A DNA stretch of 64,000 nt from Polyangiales bacterium (GCA_964202905.1 CAXNJO010000003.1:384001-448000), one strand, 5' to 3'. Shown: positions 41,298-52,065, counted from the stretch's first letter. A program made the numbers and translations. The notes: a model not told the origin generated them from the letters alone.

Positions 41298-41481
41298 GGT
41301 CCCTCCCCGCGGGCGACGGCCCGCTGTGGGATCCATTCGTCCGGGTGGAGGCGCGGGCAAGCCCCCGCTGCCGCGCACCGGCTGCGCGGGACGAGGCCCT
41401 GCGGCGCGCGATCGCGGCGCAGGAGGGCTCGAACGAGCGCGCGCGCATCCCGCGGCGGCTCTCGACGCGGACCCCGCGCCC

Positions 41482-42156
41482 TCAGAAATAGGTCTCGAAG
41501 AACCGCGCCTCGTCGGCGGAGAGCGGTCGCTGCGCGAGGCCTGTTGCCATCGCCAACGATGGCAAATGGTGCTGGTTCGCGTCCGGCACGCGCGCGAAGC
41601 CGACGCGCTCGTAGACGGCGGGGTCCACCTCGGAGAAGAGCAGAAAACGCGTCGACGCGTCCTGCTCGCGCAGCAGCGCGAGCACCCCGGAGAGCAGGTG
41701 CGTGGCATGCCCCTGGCGTCGGCGCGCGGCCGCGGTCGCGACCGACGCGATGCCGACGAGCCCGCGCCGGAACCGCAGCGTGTTGAGACCGGCGAACGCG
41801 ACCCCCTCGAGCGACTCGAGCACGTAGCGCGTGCCGCGCAGGTGATCGCGCGAGGTCGCGTAGCTGGCGACGAAGTCCTCGAGCGATCGGCCCGCTCCCC
41901 ACGCGTCGTGGCCGAACGGGAGCACGGTGGCTTCGTCCTCGGGCATCACGACGCGGATCGTCGCGCGCGGCGCGAAGCGGGCGCGACCGGAGGCATCCTC
42001 CTCGTGGAACATCGCCGCGGGCCGCACCCAGGCGGCGCCGCGGGGCGCGTCGTAGAGGCAGAGATAGCGCTCGAGGAGCTCCTCGGTCTCGCTGTGCCGC
42101 GCGGGCCCGAGCCCGAGGTAGAGACCGCCTTTGCTGTGCTCGTAGATCGTCCACAT
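41482..42156 (-). CDS. DUF1653-domain + GNAT acetyltransferase fusion
   Basis: YEHSKGGLY...ARHSETEE...WVRPAAMF, then GIASVATAAARRRQGHA...YERVGF. Confidence 0.75.
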   Translation of the reverse strand: MWTIYEHSKGGLYLGLGPARHSETEELLERYLCLYDAPRGAAWVRPAAMFHEEDASGRARFAPRATIRVVMPEDEATVLPFGHDAWGAGRSLEDFVASYATSRDHLRGTRYVLESLEGVAFAGLNTLRFRRGLVGIASVATAAARRRQGHATHLLSGVLALLREQDASTRFLLFSEVDPAVYERVGFARVPDANQHHLPSLAMATGLAQRPLSADEARFFETYF

Positions 42157-42389
42157 CGCGAAGGGCTCCGGTGCGATCGGCCTCGGTCGGCCGCGGGTCG
42201 ACACGCGCGGACACGGACGGGTCGCACGCCCGCTGCCCTGCGCGTCGGGGAGCGTCGCGGATCTCGCGGCGCGAGGGAACCACGAAGCACGCGGTGTCGC
42301 CCCCGGGGGCCTCGCACGACGCGCCGCGCGCGGCAGGCCGACGTCGCCGGTTGACGCGGCCGCCCGCGGCGTGACACGCAGGAGGCGGC

Positions 42390-45101
42390 GTGACGGGCGC
42401 GACGGATACGGCGGAGGCGGCGCTCGCGCGGGCGGCGGAGCTCTTCACGCTCGGGCGGCTCGACGAGGCCGTCGAGGCGTGCCGGCAAGGCCTCGCGATC
42501 GCACCAACGCGGAGCGCGCTCCACAACAACCTCGCGCTCGCGCTGCGGCGGCTCGGGCGGACGACGGCGGCGATCGAGGCCCTCGAGGCGGCGCTCGCGC
42601 ACGACGCGCGGAACGTCGAGGCGATGAGCAACCTCGCCGACACGCTGCGCGGCGTCGGGCGCATGGACGAGGCGCTCGCGCTCTACCGTCGCGCGCTCGC
42701 GCTCGCGCCCGGTCACGCGGACGTCCGCGCGAACTTCCTGATGACCCTGCAATACGCGACCGACGTCGCGCCGCACGGGGTCACCGACGCGCACCGTCGC
42801 TGGGGCGCGCTCGTCGCGGACGTGCCGCGCTTCGAGCACGCGGATCACCCGCGCGGCGAGACGCGGCGCCTGCGGGTCGGCTACCTCTCGCCCGACTTCC
42901 GCGCGCACTCGGTCGCGTGGTTCCTCGACCCGATCGTCGCCTCCCACGACGCGCGCGAGGTCGAGGTGTTCGGTTATGCGGACGTCGCGCGGCCCGACGC
43001 GACGACCGCGCGCTTCGCGGCGCAGGTGCACGTCTGGCGGCCCGTGCACGGCCTCGACGACGCGGCCGTCGCGGCGCTGATCGCGCGCGATCGCATCGAC
43101 GTGCTCGTCGAGCTCGCGGGGCACACGGAGCGCTCGCGGCTCGGCGTGATGGCGCGTCGCCCGGCGCCCGTGCAGGTCACGTACCTCGGCTATCCGTGCA
43201 CGACGGGGCTCGCGGCGATCGACTATCGGATCGTCGACGCGCACACCGATCCGCCGGGCAGCGAGGCGCTGAGCACCGAGACGCTGGTGCGCCCGGCGCC
43301 CGCATTTCTCGTGTATGCGCCGCCCTACGACGCGCCCGGGGTCACGCCGCTGCCCGCGCTCCGGGCGGGGTACGTCACGTTCGGCTCGTTCAACGCGACG
43401 TCGAAGCTCAACGACGACGTGCTCGCGACGTGGGCCGCGCTGCTCGCGCGGGTGCCCGACGCGCGCCTGCTGCTGAAGGGGCTGCCCTTCGCGGATGCGG
43501 CGGTGTGCGCGCGCTTTCGCAACTCATTTGCAACAAGGGGCGTCGCGCCGGAGCGCGTGCTGCTGCGGCCGTTCGCGCAGGGGCGCGAGGCGCACCTCGC
43601 GACGTACGGCGAGGTCGACGTCGCGCTCGACACCTTCCCCTACAACGGGACGACGACGACGTGCGAGGCGCTCTGGATGGGCGTGCCCGTCGTCACGCTC
43701 GCGGGAGACGCGCACGCGGGGCGCGTGGGGGTGAGCCTGCTCTCGCGGCTCGGTCGCCCGGCGTGGATCGCCGGCACGCGCGAGGCCTACGTGGAGACCG
43801 CCGTCGCGCTGGCGAGCGATCTCGCGCGGCTCGCCGACGAGCGCGCGACGCTGCGCGACGCGGTGCGCGCGAGCGGGCTCACGGACGGGCCCGCCTTCAC
43901 ACGCGCGCTCGAGCGCTTCTACCGCGAGGCGTGGCGCGGCTTCTGTCGCGGCGAGTCGCCCGCGACGGTCGCCGCGCGGCTCGACGGCGACACGCACGCC
44001 CCCGCATCGGCGCTCGCGCCGGCGGGCTCCCCGACGATCGCCGAGCGCGCGCTGCTCGCGGAGACGCTCGGCGGGATGCGGCGGCGGCGCGCCGCGGCCG
44101 GTCACGCGCGGCGCGCGTGGGAGGCGCTGCGGCGCGGCGAGTCCGCGGCGGACGTCCCGCAGGAGCTGCTCCTCGCGCGGGAAGCGCCGAGCGTCGAGGG
44201 GCTGCTCATCCGGCAATGCCTCGCGTTCTCGGGCGACTCGATGTTCTTCGAGCGCGAGACGCCGCGCGAGCTGCTGCTGCGCTGGGCGGAGCTCGAGCCA
44301 GGCTGCGCCGAGGCGTACTTCCGCTTCGGGCTCTTCTTCGCGCTCGAGGCGCGCACCGCGGGCAGGCCCGCGCCGCAGGCCGCGCTCGCCGCGCTCGAGG
44401 GCGCGCGCGCGCTCGCACCCGGCCCCCGCGTCACCGCCGCGATCGCGCTCGCGACGCGCGACGCGCCGCAGGTCTCGCTGCCTTGTCGGGGTGGCGTGCT
44501 CGCGGTGCCGGGCACGCTCACCCACGCGGCGACGTTCACGCTGCTCGAGCACGGGGACTGGTACGACCCGGACCTCGCCGTGCTCTGCGCGCTGCTCGAC
44601 GAAGACGACCGCGTGCTCGATCTCGCCGCGGGCGTGGGCGCCGTCGCGGTCGCGGTCGCGGGCTGTCTCGGCCCCGAAGGCGCCGTGCACGCGGTCGCCG
44701 AGCCCGCCGACGAGGCCGCGCTCCTCGCCGCCAACGCCGCGCACGCCCCGCGGCTGCGCGTCGTGCCCGCAGGCGCCCCGCTCGCCCCGCTCCTCGCTGG
44801 GGCGAGCGTCGTGCGGCTCGCGCCGCGCGGCGACGCGGAGGCCCTCGCGCACGCGCTGCCGGGCAGCCCCGCGACGCTCTTCGCCGTGCCGCTCGGCCCC
44901 GACGCGGCGCCCGCAGCGGCCCTCGGCGTGCTCGCGCGCGCAGGGCTCGCGGCGTTCACCTACGACCCCGGCCGCCACGCCTTCGTGCCGTACCAGCCCG
45001 GCGCGATCGACGGCCACGGGCTCGTCTTTTGCGCGCGCCCCGCCGGCCTCGAGCGCCTCCGCCGCGTCGCCCCGGTGCGCGGCGCGCTGCAGGCGCCTTG
45101 A
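42390..45101 (+). CDS. TPR O-GlcNAc transferase (GT41/SPINDLY-like) with C-terminal methyltransferase-like domain
   Basis: TPRs, RVGYLSPDFRAHSV, ELAGHT, APVQVTYLGYP, FGSFN, LDTFPYNGTTTTCEALWMGVPV; later VLDLAAGVG. Confidence 0.88.
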   Translation: MTGATDTAEAALARAAELFTLGRLDEAVEACRQGLAIAPTRSALHNNLALALRRLGRTTAAIEALEAALAHDARNVEAMSNLADTLRGVGRMDEALALYRRALALAPGHADVRANFLMTLQYATDVAPHGVTDAHRRWGALVADVPRFEHADHPRGETRRLRVGYLSPDFRAHSVAWFLDPIVASHDAREVEVFGYADVARPDATTARFAAQVHVWRPVHGLDDAAVAALIARDRIDVLVELAGHTERSRLGVMARRPAPVQVTYLGYPCTTGLAAIDYRIVDAHTDPPGSEALSTETLVRPAPAFLVYAPPYDAPGVTPLPALRAGYVTFGSFNATSKLNDDVLATWAALLARVPDARLLLKGLPFADAAVCARFRNSFATRGVAPERVLLRPFAQGREAHLATYGEVDVALDTFPYNGTTTTCEALWMGVPVVTLAGDAHAGRVGVSLLSRLGRPAWIAGTREAYVETAVALASDLARLADERATLRDAVRASGLTDGPAFTRALERFYREAWRGFCRGESPATVAARLDGDTHAPASALAPAGSPTIAERALLAETLGGMRRRRAAAGHARRAWEALRRGESAADVPQELLLAREAPSVEGLLIRQCLAFSGDSMFFERETPRELLLRWAELEPGCAEAYFRFGLFFALEARTAGRPAPQAALAALEGARALAPGPRVTAAIALATRDAPQVSLPCRGGVLAVPGTLTHAATFTLLEHGDWYDPDLAVLCALLDEDDRVLDLAAGVGAVAVAVAGCLGPEGAVHAVAEPADEAALLAANAAHAPRLRVVPAGAPLAPLLAGASVVRLAPRGDAEALAHALPGSPATLFAVPLGPDAAPAAALGVLARAGLAAFTYDPGRHAFVPYQPGAIDGHGLVFCARPAGLERLRRVAPVRGALQAP

Positions 45102-45188
45102 ACATGCCGCGCAGCCGGGCGGCCACACGCCCTGCCCGCGCCGGTGCCGCCCGACGCCCGCTCGCGGGACGGCGCGCGACGCGCGTTC

Positions 45189-45521
45189 TCAGCGCGGGTC
45201 CATCCCGGCGTATCGGCCCGTGTACATCCCGTCCCGCATGACGCCGTGGTGCACGAGCGCCCTCACCAGCGCCGCGAAATCGGTCAGCTCTTCGTGGAGG
45301 AGACACTCACCGGACGCCGTCACCAACACCGCTTCCGCGAGGACGCCGCGGGGACGAAACGTGCGCACGTTCTGGACGGCGCTCCACGGGACGGGATGCT
45401 CGGGTGACGGGACGGTTCGCCGCGGTGACCGCGCTGGGGTGGGTGAAGCGTGCGGGCCTGAAGGCGGCGGAGCGATCCGCGCTTCCGGGTCGCGGTCGCC
45501 CCCACGGGCCTGACCCGCCAC
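45189..45521 (-). CDS. Small hypothetical protein or gene remnant
   Basis: C-terminal half (VPWSAVQNVRTF...LLHEELTDFAALVRAL) looks coding; start unclear. Confidence 0.3.
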   Translation of the reverse strand: MAGQARGGDRDPEARIAPPPSGPHASPTPARSPRRTVPSPEHPVPWSAVQNVRTFRPRGVLAEAVLVTASGECLLHEELTDFAALVRALVHHGVMRDGMYTGRYAGMDPR

Positions 45522-45539
45522 GCCACGCGCGCCTCCGGC

Positions 45540-46301
45540 TTATCCCCCGACGATGTGTCGGGAGTAAGTGTTCTGCAGCTCGTCCTGCACGACGGTCGCC
45601 TCGCCCGGCGTGCTCACCACGAGCGGTGACGCGAGCGTGCGCACCCGGTACTGCCAACCGGCCGGGAGCATGAGGCGGGCGCCGAGGCCGGGCAGGTCGC
45701 TCTCGGTCAGGCTCGCGTCGACGATCTGCGCGTAGGACTGCATCACGTAGACCGAGCCGTTCGGCGCGACGAGCTCGTAGATCTCCGCGCCGGCGCGATA
45801 CTCGAACTCCGAGTCGCGGCGGACCGTGCGCTCGACGTACGGCATCGCCGACATCGTCCCCGGCGCGAGCATGAGCGTCGCGAGCTGTCGCATCTCGAGC
45901 ATGCCGAAGAGGCGTGGCGAGCCCGGTGGGAGTTCGGCCGCGGCACGGTCGGTGAGCCAGCGCCGCGGGCCGTTCAGCACCACGGCCGTCGCCCCGAACT
46001 CGGTGCGGATGACCATCGGATCGACCGACGCCCACGCCGCCTCGGGGCAGTCGTTCAGACCTTGCGTGCCCCAGACCTGGGCCTCGATCGCACCGGCTTC
46101 GAAGAAGGCGAGGAGCACTTCGCAGTAGCGGTTGCCGCGCAGGCTCTCGGAGGTCGCGGCGTCCGCGGCGACCGCGGCGTCCGCGCTGACCGCGGCATCG
46201 GGGCTCGCCTCGGCGGTGCTCCCGCACCCGGCGCCGAACGTTGAAAGCCCGATGATCAAGGGGGCTGCACACAGGCGAGAGACGGCGCGGGCGATGGGCA
46301 T
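45540..46301 (-). CDS. Uncharacterised lipoprotein
   Basis: GAGC lipobox, RYCEVL, TQGLNDCP, NGPRRW, YVMQSY, QDELQNTY; ATG 46301. Confidence 0.8.
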   Translation of the reverse strand: MPIARAVSRLCAAPLIIGLSTFGAGCGSTAEASPDAAVSADAAVAADAATSESLRGNRYCEVLLAFFEAGAIEAQVWGTQGLNDCPEAAWASVDPMVIRTEFGATAVVLNGPRRWLTDRAAAELPPGSPRLFGMLEMRQLATLMLAPGTMSAMPYVERTVRRDSEFEYRAGAEIYELVAPNGSVYVMQSYAQIVDASLTESDLPGLGARLMLPAGWQYRVRTLASPLVVSTPGEATVVQDELQNTYSRHIVGG

Positions 46302-46369
46302 CGAGAGTCCTTCGTGGAGACGTCGGGGACACTCGCCCGACCGGCCGAATCTCGCTGGCGTGTTCGTCC

Positions 46370-46383
46370 ATGTCAACCGACAT
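46370..46383. promoter_or_regulatory. Candidate TetR operator overlapping a TTGACA -35 box
   Basis: ATGTC-AACC-GACAT; minus strand TTGACA-N17-GAGATT. Confidence 0.5.
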
Positions 46384-46430
46384 ATTCAACATCGCCTGCC
46401 GCCGGCGGGTGCTAGGACTCGCCGCACGCC

Positions 46431-47093
46431 GTGCCGAAGCCCCCCGCCACTCCGCGCCGCCGAGCGCGCCGCGCTGGCCGTCCCTCCGCCGACGAGGGGC
46501 CGGCCGCGAGCCGGGCGTCGCTGCTCGCGATCGCGGCCCGACAGATCGGGGTGCATGGCTTTGCCCGCACGACGTTTCGAGGCATCGCCGCGGAAGCGGG
46601 CGTCTCGTACGGCAGCGTGCAGCACCACTTCCCCACCAAGGCGCGGCTGTGGAGCGCGCTCGTCGAGGAGGTGCTCCTGCCGGCGCATCGGGCGTCGCAT
46701 GCGGTCTCGGGCGAGCCCGACATCCGCCGCGTGCTGACGGAGAAAGTCCGCGCGCGCGTCGAGGCGGCGGTGCTGCGGCCCGGCCTCTCGGCGGCGATCC
46801 TGATGGACACTTCGGCGGGCGCGGAGGCCCGACTCGTCGAGCTCGCGTCCGCGCTTCACGCGGACCGCGTGGCCGAGCGCGAGATGCTCCGCACCTTGAT
46901 CGCGGCGGGCAAGCTGCGCGCGGTGGACGAGGTCGCCGTCATGGCGGTCTTCGGCGTGGCGCTGACCACGCTGTCGTCCGCGAAGCCCGCGATGGCCGCC
47001 CTGCTCGGGCTGGACATGGACGACGCGGCGGCGCGTGAGCACCTCGCCGGAGGGATCGCGGATCTCCTGCTCCACGGGCTCCTGCCGCGCTGA
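46431..47093 (+). CDS. TetR/AcrR family transcriptional regulator
   Basis: HGFARTTFRGIAAEAGVSYGSVQHHFPTKARLW HTH. Confidence 0.92.
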   Translation: MPKPPATPRRRARRAGRPSADEGPAASRASLLAIAARQIGVHGFARTTFRGIAAEAGVSYGSVQHHFPTKARLWSALVEEVLLPAHRASHAVSGEPDIRRVLTEKVRARVEAAVLRPGLSAAILMDTSAGAEARLVELASALHADRVAEREMLRTLIAAGKLRAVDEVAVMAVFGVALTTLSSAKPAMAALLGLDMDDAAAREHLAGGIADLLLHGLLPR

Positions 47094-47132
47094 CGGCGCC
47101 ACGGCCTCGGCGCGCCCGCGGCACGCCGCTGC

Positions 47133-47181
47133 GGTGACCATTTGCGTCACCCCACAAAAAACGGTGACGAAATTCGTCACC
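47133..47181. promoter_or_regulatory. Tandem palindromic enhancer upstream of pilA
   Basis: GGTGAC-CATTTGC-GTCACC (47133-47151) and GGTGAC-GAAATTC-GTCACC (47163-47181), 30-bp period, A-tract between. Confidence 0.75.
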
Positions 47182-47297
47182 CCCGCTGCGCTGCCCGCCC
47201 GCCCATCCCCCGCGACGCCGGGCGGATCACCCGCGAAACACCGCGCGTCAGCCCGCGGCCGGCACGCCATGAAATCTGGACGCCGGCGCGCGGTCGA

Positions 47298-47313
47298 TGG
47301 CACAAGACGTGCT
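47298..47313 (+). promoter_or_regulatory. sigma54 promoter of pilA
   Basis: TGGCACAAGACGTGCT, GG-N10-GC. Confidence 0.8.
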
Positions 47314-47364
47314 GCGGGGAGCCCGCGTAGCAGCGCAGACCGTCGGCACAAGGAGCGCAATCTC

Positions 47365-47922
47365 ATGATGACCAAGCTGATCCAGAAGAAGAAGGCGGGC
47401 TTCACGCTCATCGAGCTCATGATCGTCGTTGCCATCATCGGCATCCTCGCCGCGATCGCGATCCCGGCCTTCATCGGCTACGTCAAGCGCGCGAAAACCT
47501 CCGAGGCGACCGGCAACCTCAACTCGATCTTCAAGTCCGCCACCAGCTACTACAACGTCGAGCGCACGGGTCAGGGCATCACCGCCAGCACCCAGAACGC
47601 CTGCACGGTCGCCACCGCGGCGCTGAAGCCCGCGACGCCCGGCGCCGCGAAGCAGCAGTACAACTTCGCGACCGCGACGGACCCCCAGTTCAACGCGATC
47701 GGCTTCTCGGTGTCGGATTACATCTACTACGGCTACGGCATCACCAGCGCCGGTGGCGCGTGCGCGAACACCGCGAGCGACACGACGATCTACACCATCT
47801 ACGCGCAGGGCAACCTCGACGGCGACGCCGTGAACTCGACCTTCGAGCTCTCGGTCGGCACGGACGCGAACAACGAGCTGTTCCACGCCCGCGGCTACTA
47901 CATCGTCAACGAGATCGAGTGA
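47365..47922 (+). CDS. pilA: Type IVa major pilin
   Basis: KKKAG|FTLIELMIVVAIIGILAAIAIPAF, AAGGAG RBS, strong codon bias. Confidence 0.93.
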   Translation: MMTKLIQKKKAGFTLIELMIVVAIIGILAAIAIPAFIGYVKRAKTSEATGNLNSIFKSATSYYNVERTGQGITASTQNACTVATAALKPATPGAAKQQYNFATATDPQFNAIGFSVSDYIYYGYGITSAGGACANTASDTTIYTIYAQGNLDGDAVNSTFELSVGTDANNELFHARGYYIVNEIE

Positions 47923-48002
47923 GCCTTTCGCCTCGGCCTCATCGCCTCCGTGCGCGATGAGGCACGGGGCCCGTTGGTGGTTGAGCAGTGTAGTCTCGGC
48001 GG

Positions 48003-50437
48003 ATGTCCTTCCGCTTCGCGCGCCGGCCCGACGCCCTCTTGTCCTCGATCCGCAGCGCGCTCTGCGCCGGCTTGGTCGTCCTCGCGCTCGGCGCGATGGG
48101 CTGTGACTGCGGCGGTGGCGCGGCGCCGATCGGCGGCACGTGCGTGACGAGGGCGGATTGTGGCGACGGGATCTGCCGCGATGGCCTGTGCGTCGCGCTC
48201 GGCGATCTCGGCGTCGGCCCCGACGAGGAGCCTCCGCGACCTCGGCGGCGCGGACTGCGATTCCGACATCGTTGTGCGAGGGCGTGTGCTGCGGCGCAGG
48301 CCAGCGCTGCGCATACCGGATGTGCGTCGTCGACCTCGGCCCGTGCGCGACGAACGACGACTGCGCCGGGGACAGCTACTGCGACGCGGGGCGTTGCACG
48401 CCCTACGGCACGCCGCCGGGCGTGGTGCGGGACGAGACCTGCGAGCGGACCATCGCGGTCGGCGACTTCGTGCCCGATGAACAGTGTCGCTGGGCCGGTG
48501 CGCCTGCGGGCGGTGTGCGCCCGGACCTCAGCGCCGTCTACAGCGCGCCGATGGTCGCGGACTTCAACCTCGACGACGACCCGGCCGTCCTCACGCCGTC
48601 GATCGTCATCACGACCTACGGGACCCCCACGAGCGCTGGCGGCATCCTGCGCCTGCTCGATGGACGCGACTGCGAAGAGCAGCTGTCGGCGCCGAGCGAG
48701 ACGCTCGTTTATGCGTCGAACAACGCGATCGGCGACATCGACGGCGCGGCCGACGGACGCCCGGAGATCGTCGCGGTCTCGCTCGCCGCCGCGTCGATCG
48801 CCGGCGGGCTGGTCGCGTTCGGGATCGAGCCGACGACGCGCACCTTGCGTCGCCTCTGGTACGGGCGCGACTGCAGCCGTCCCGGCGAGCCGCGCCACAT
48901 GCCGAACGAGTCCACGAACAACAACGGCCCTTCGATCCACGATCTCGACGACGACGGGGTGCCGGAGATCCTGTTCGACCAATTCGTCTACGACGCGCGC
49001 GGCTGCCTGCTGAATCCGGGGCGTACGTACACGAACTACCTGCGCCTCGGGCTCTTCCCCGTCGTCGCGGACGTCGATCTCGACGGGCTCCCGGAGCTGG
49101 TGACGCCGAGCGGCGTCTACGCGTGGGACGTGGCGATGCGCGACTGGGTCCTCGAGACGTATTGGGCCCCACCCGCGGGCGAGGCGGCCGAGGCGGCCCT
49201 CGTCGGTCACGTCGCCGTCGCGGATCTCGGCGAGTTCCCCGGCGCCGTCGGGGATGCCCCCGGGCGCGCGGAGATCGTGGTCGCGTCGGCGCCGAGCGCG
49301 AGCGCGTCGGCGACCGCGACCGGGCGCGTGCGCGTGATGACCATCGGGGGCGACATCGTGTTCGGCCCCTTCGATCTGCCGGCCGAAGGCGGCGGCGTCG
49401 CGGGGCGCGGCGGGGCACCGACCGTCGGCGACTTCGACGGAGACGGGCGGCGCGAGTTCGCCGTCGCCGGCGGCAGCCGTTACACGGTGTTCGACCTCGA
49501 CTGCGACGTCGCGGACGCCACCGCCGCAGGCTGCGCGCGCGTTTCGGCGCTGCCGCGCGGTGTGCTGTGGAGTCGCCCCTCGCAGGACCTCAGCTCGAAC
49601 GTGACCGGCTCGTCGGTGTTCGATTTCGACGCCGATGGCGTCGCCGAGGTCGTCTACGGCGACGAGTGCTTCGTCCGCATCTACCGCGGCACCGATGGTG
49701 AGGTGTTGTTCTCGCGCTCCGCGTCGAGCGGCACGGGCTACGAATATCCCGTCATCGCGGACGTCGACGGCGACTACAACAGCGAGATCGTCGTCGCCAT
49801 GACGAGCGGCGTGAGTTGTCCGGCGACCGATCCGATCTACACGCGCGGTGTGGCGACGTTCGCCAACGCGACCGGCATCGTCGTCTACCGCGACGCGATG
49901 GACAGCTGGGCGGCGTCGCGACCGATCTGGAACCAGCACGCCTATTCGGTCAGCAACGTGAACGACGACGGCTCGATCCCGCGCACCAGCGCGTGGATGC
50001 GCAACTTCTCCGACCCCACGCTCAACAACTTTCGCATGAACGCGCAGGGCAGCCTCGAGCGGCGCGGCGCCGCGGATCTCACCGTCGCGCTCGCGCGGGC
50101 CGCCGACCTCTGCGACGTCGCGACGGGCGAGGTCTCGCTCGCCGCCAACGTGTGCAACCGCGGCACGAACCCCGTGCCGGATGGGGCGCGCGTCGTGTTC
50201 TACGCGGGCGACCCCGACGCCGGTGCGCCCGTCGCCTGCGAGACGACGCTGCCGCGCCTGCTCGCGCCCGCGGCGTGCACGGAAGTGACCTGCACCTGGG
50301 CGGTCCCCGCGGGCACGCCCGGCCTGACCGCGCGGAACGTCACCGTGATCGTCGACCCGGATGGCGAGGTGTTCGAGTGCCGCGATGGCAACAACCGCGG
50401 CGTGATTCCGGACATCTACTGCGGTGGTCTGCTCTGA
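48003..50437 (+). CDS. Cys-rich lipoprotein with FG-GAP/VCBS repeats and CARDB-like C-terminus (frameshift near 48240)
   Basis: AMGC lipobox in ORF 48003; DxDxDG..E repeats, SSVFDFDADG, WNQHAY, VCNRG, VDPD..VFEC..GNN in ORF 48140. Confidence 0.82.
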
Positions 50438-50637
50438 TCGCGCATACCGGCTGCCATCTCGCGGTCGCCGGTCGGGCGCGGCGCACGGCGGGAACGCGGC
50501 GCGCGACGGCGTGTCGACGGTGCGCGCCTGGCCGACGCGGGCTCGCGTCGAGCGCCGCGTCGCTGCTGGGGCGCCCGGACGCGTCGCGCTCGTGCCCCTT
50601 GCCGCGGGCCCGTCGATCGGCGGATCCTACCGGCTGA

Positions 50638-52065
50638 ATGCGCGCCTCCCTCCCCGCGGCCCTCGTGGCCCTCGCGCTCGCCGGCTGCTCCCTCACGCGC
50701 CCCGACGTCGACGATTGCCGCTCCACCGCGGAGTGCCGCGCCGCGTTCGGCTTCGGTTTCGTCTGCGGCGGTGACGGACTCTGCGCGGGGGCCCCCGCGG
50801 AGCCGCGCTGCGCGGCGACCTGGCCCGTCAATCTGTTCGCGAACCCCGCGGAGGGCGGGAGGCTCGTGATCGCGACGGTCGTCGACACCTCGCTCGAGAC
50901 GCACGTCGCGCGCGCGAACGCGGTGCAGCTCGCGGTGCAGGACGCGAGCGCGGACAGCGCGGGCGTCGAGGGCGGGATCGACGGCCGCAAGTTCGGGCTC
51001 GTGACGTGCACGATCGCCGAGGACACGACGCTCGACACGCTCAGCCGCGCCGAAGCGACCTTGCGGGTGACGCGCTACATCGAGGGCGCGCTCGACGTGC
51101 CGGTCGTCGTCGGGCCGCCCGGCTCCGGCGAGGCGAGCGCCGCCTTCGAGGCCACCACGCGCACGCTCTTCATCTCACCGTCCGCGACGAGCCCGGCGCT
51201 CACCGCGCTCGAGCCGGTCCCCGCGAGCGACGCAGCGCCCGGGCGCCTCTGGCGCACCGCGCCGACGGACGTCGAGCAGGCGGACCGCATCGCGTCCGAT
51301 CTCTCGAGCCGGGGCGTGCGCGACGTCGCGCTCCTCGCGCAGCAAGGCACGTACGGGGACGGACTCGTCGCGCTGCTCACCGAGCGGATCGCGGGCTTGC
51401 AGATCGAGCGCTTCGAGACGCAGGGGCAGCTGAGCGCGGCGGTCGGGGTGATCGCGGACGGCGGCGCGAGCGAGGTGATCTTCGCCTCCTCGGCGACGGC
51501 GGACGCGGTCAGCTTCCTCACGGCGGCCGCCGCCGACGCGGCCTTCACCGGGCGACGCTTCTTCCTCACGGACGCCGCGGCCAACGAAGACCTGCTCGCG
51601 GGGCTCCCGATGGACGCGGGCTTCCGCGGTCGCGTGCGCGGCACGCGCGCCGCGCTCGACCCGGTGCGCGCCGCGTCGTTCGCGGCCCGTTACCGCGTGG
51701 CCTACGGCGCGAGCGACGTCGACGCGCTCAGCTTCACCGCGCATGCCTACGACGCGGGCTGGCTCGCGCTCTACGCGCTCGGTTGGGCCACGCTGCAGGA
51801 GGACCGCGTCGACGCCGTGGCGCTCGGCCGCGGCTTGCGCCAGCTGAGCAGCGGCGTCGCCGTGGACGTCGGCGAGCTCTCGTGGCCCGTCGTGCTCGAC
51901 GCCTTCCGCGCGGGGCGCAGCGTCGATCTCCGCGGCGCGAGCGGCGCGCTCGACTACGACCCGGACACCGAAGAGCGCAGCGAGGACGGGCAGAGCTTCG
52001 AGGTCTGGCGCGTGAGCAGCGACGGCACCGCCTTCTGCCGCGTCGGCGACATGGGTTGCAGCTGA
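50638..52065 (+). CDS. Lipoprotein with type I periplasmic-binding (LivJ-like) domain
   Basis: LAGC lipobox, Cys-rich N-terminus, ISPSATSPALT, WRTAPTD, AHAYDA, GASGALDY. Confidence 0.85.
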   Translation: MRASLPAALVALALAGCSLTRPDVDDCRSTAECRAAFGFGFVCGGDGLCAGAPAEPRCAATWPVNLFANPAEGGRLVIATVVDTSLETHVARANAVQLAVQDASADSAGVEGGIDGRKFGLVTCTIAEDTTLDTLSRAEATLRVTRYIEGALDVPVVVGPPGSGEASAAFEATTRTLFISPSATSPALTALEPVPASDAAPGRLWRTAPTDVEQADRIASDLSSRGVRDVALLAQQGTYGDGLVALLTERIAGLQIERFETQGQLSAAVGVIADGGASEVIFASSATADAVSFLTAAAADAAFTGRRFFLTDAAANEDLLAGLPMDAGFRGRVRGTRAALDPVRAASFAARYRVAYGASDVDALSFTAHAYDAGWLALYALGWATLQEDRVDAVALGRGLRQLSSGVAVDVGELSWPVVLDAFRAGRSVDLRGASGALDYDPDTEERSEDGQSFEVWRVSSDGTAFCRVGDMGCS

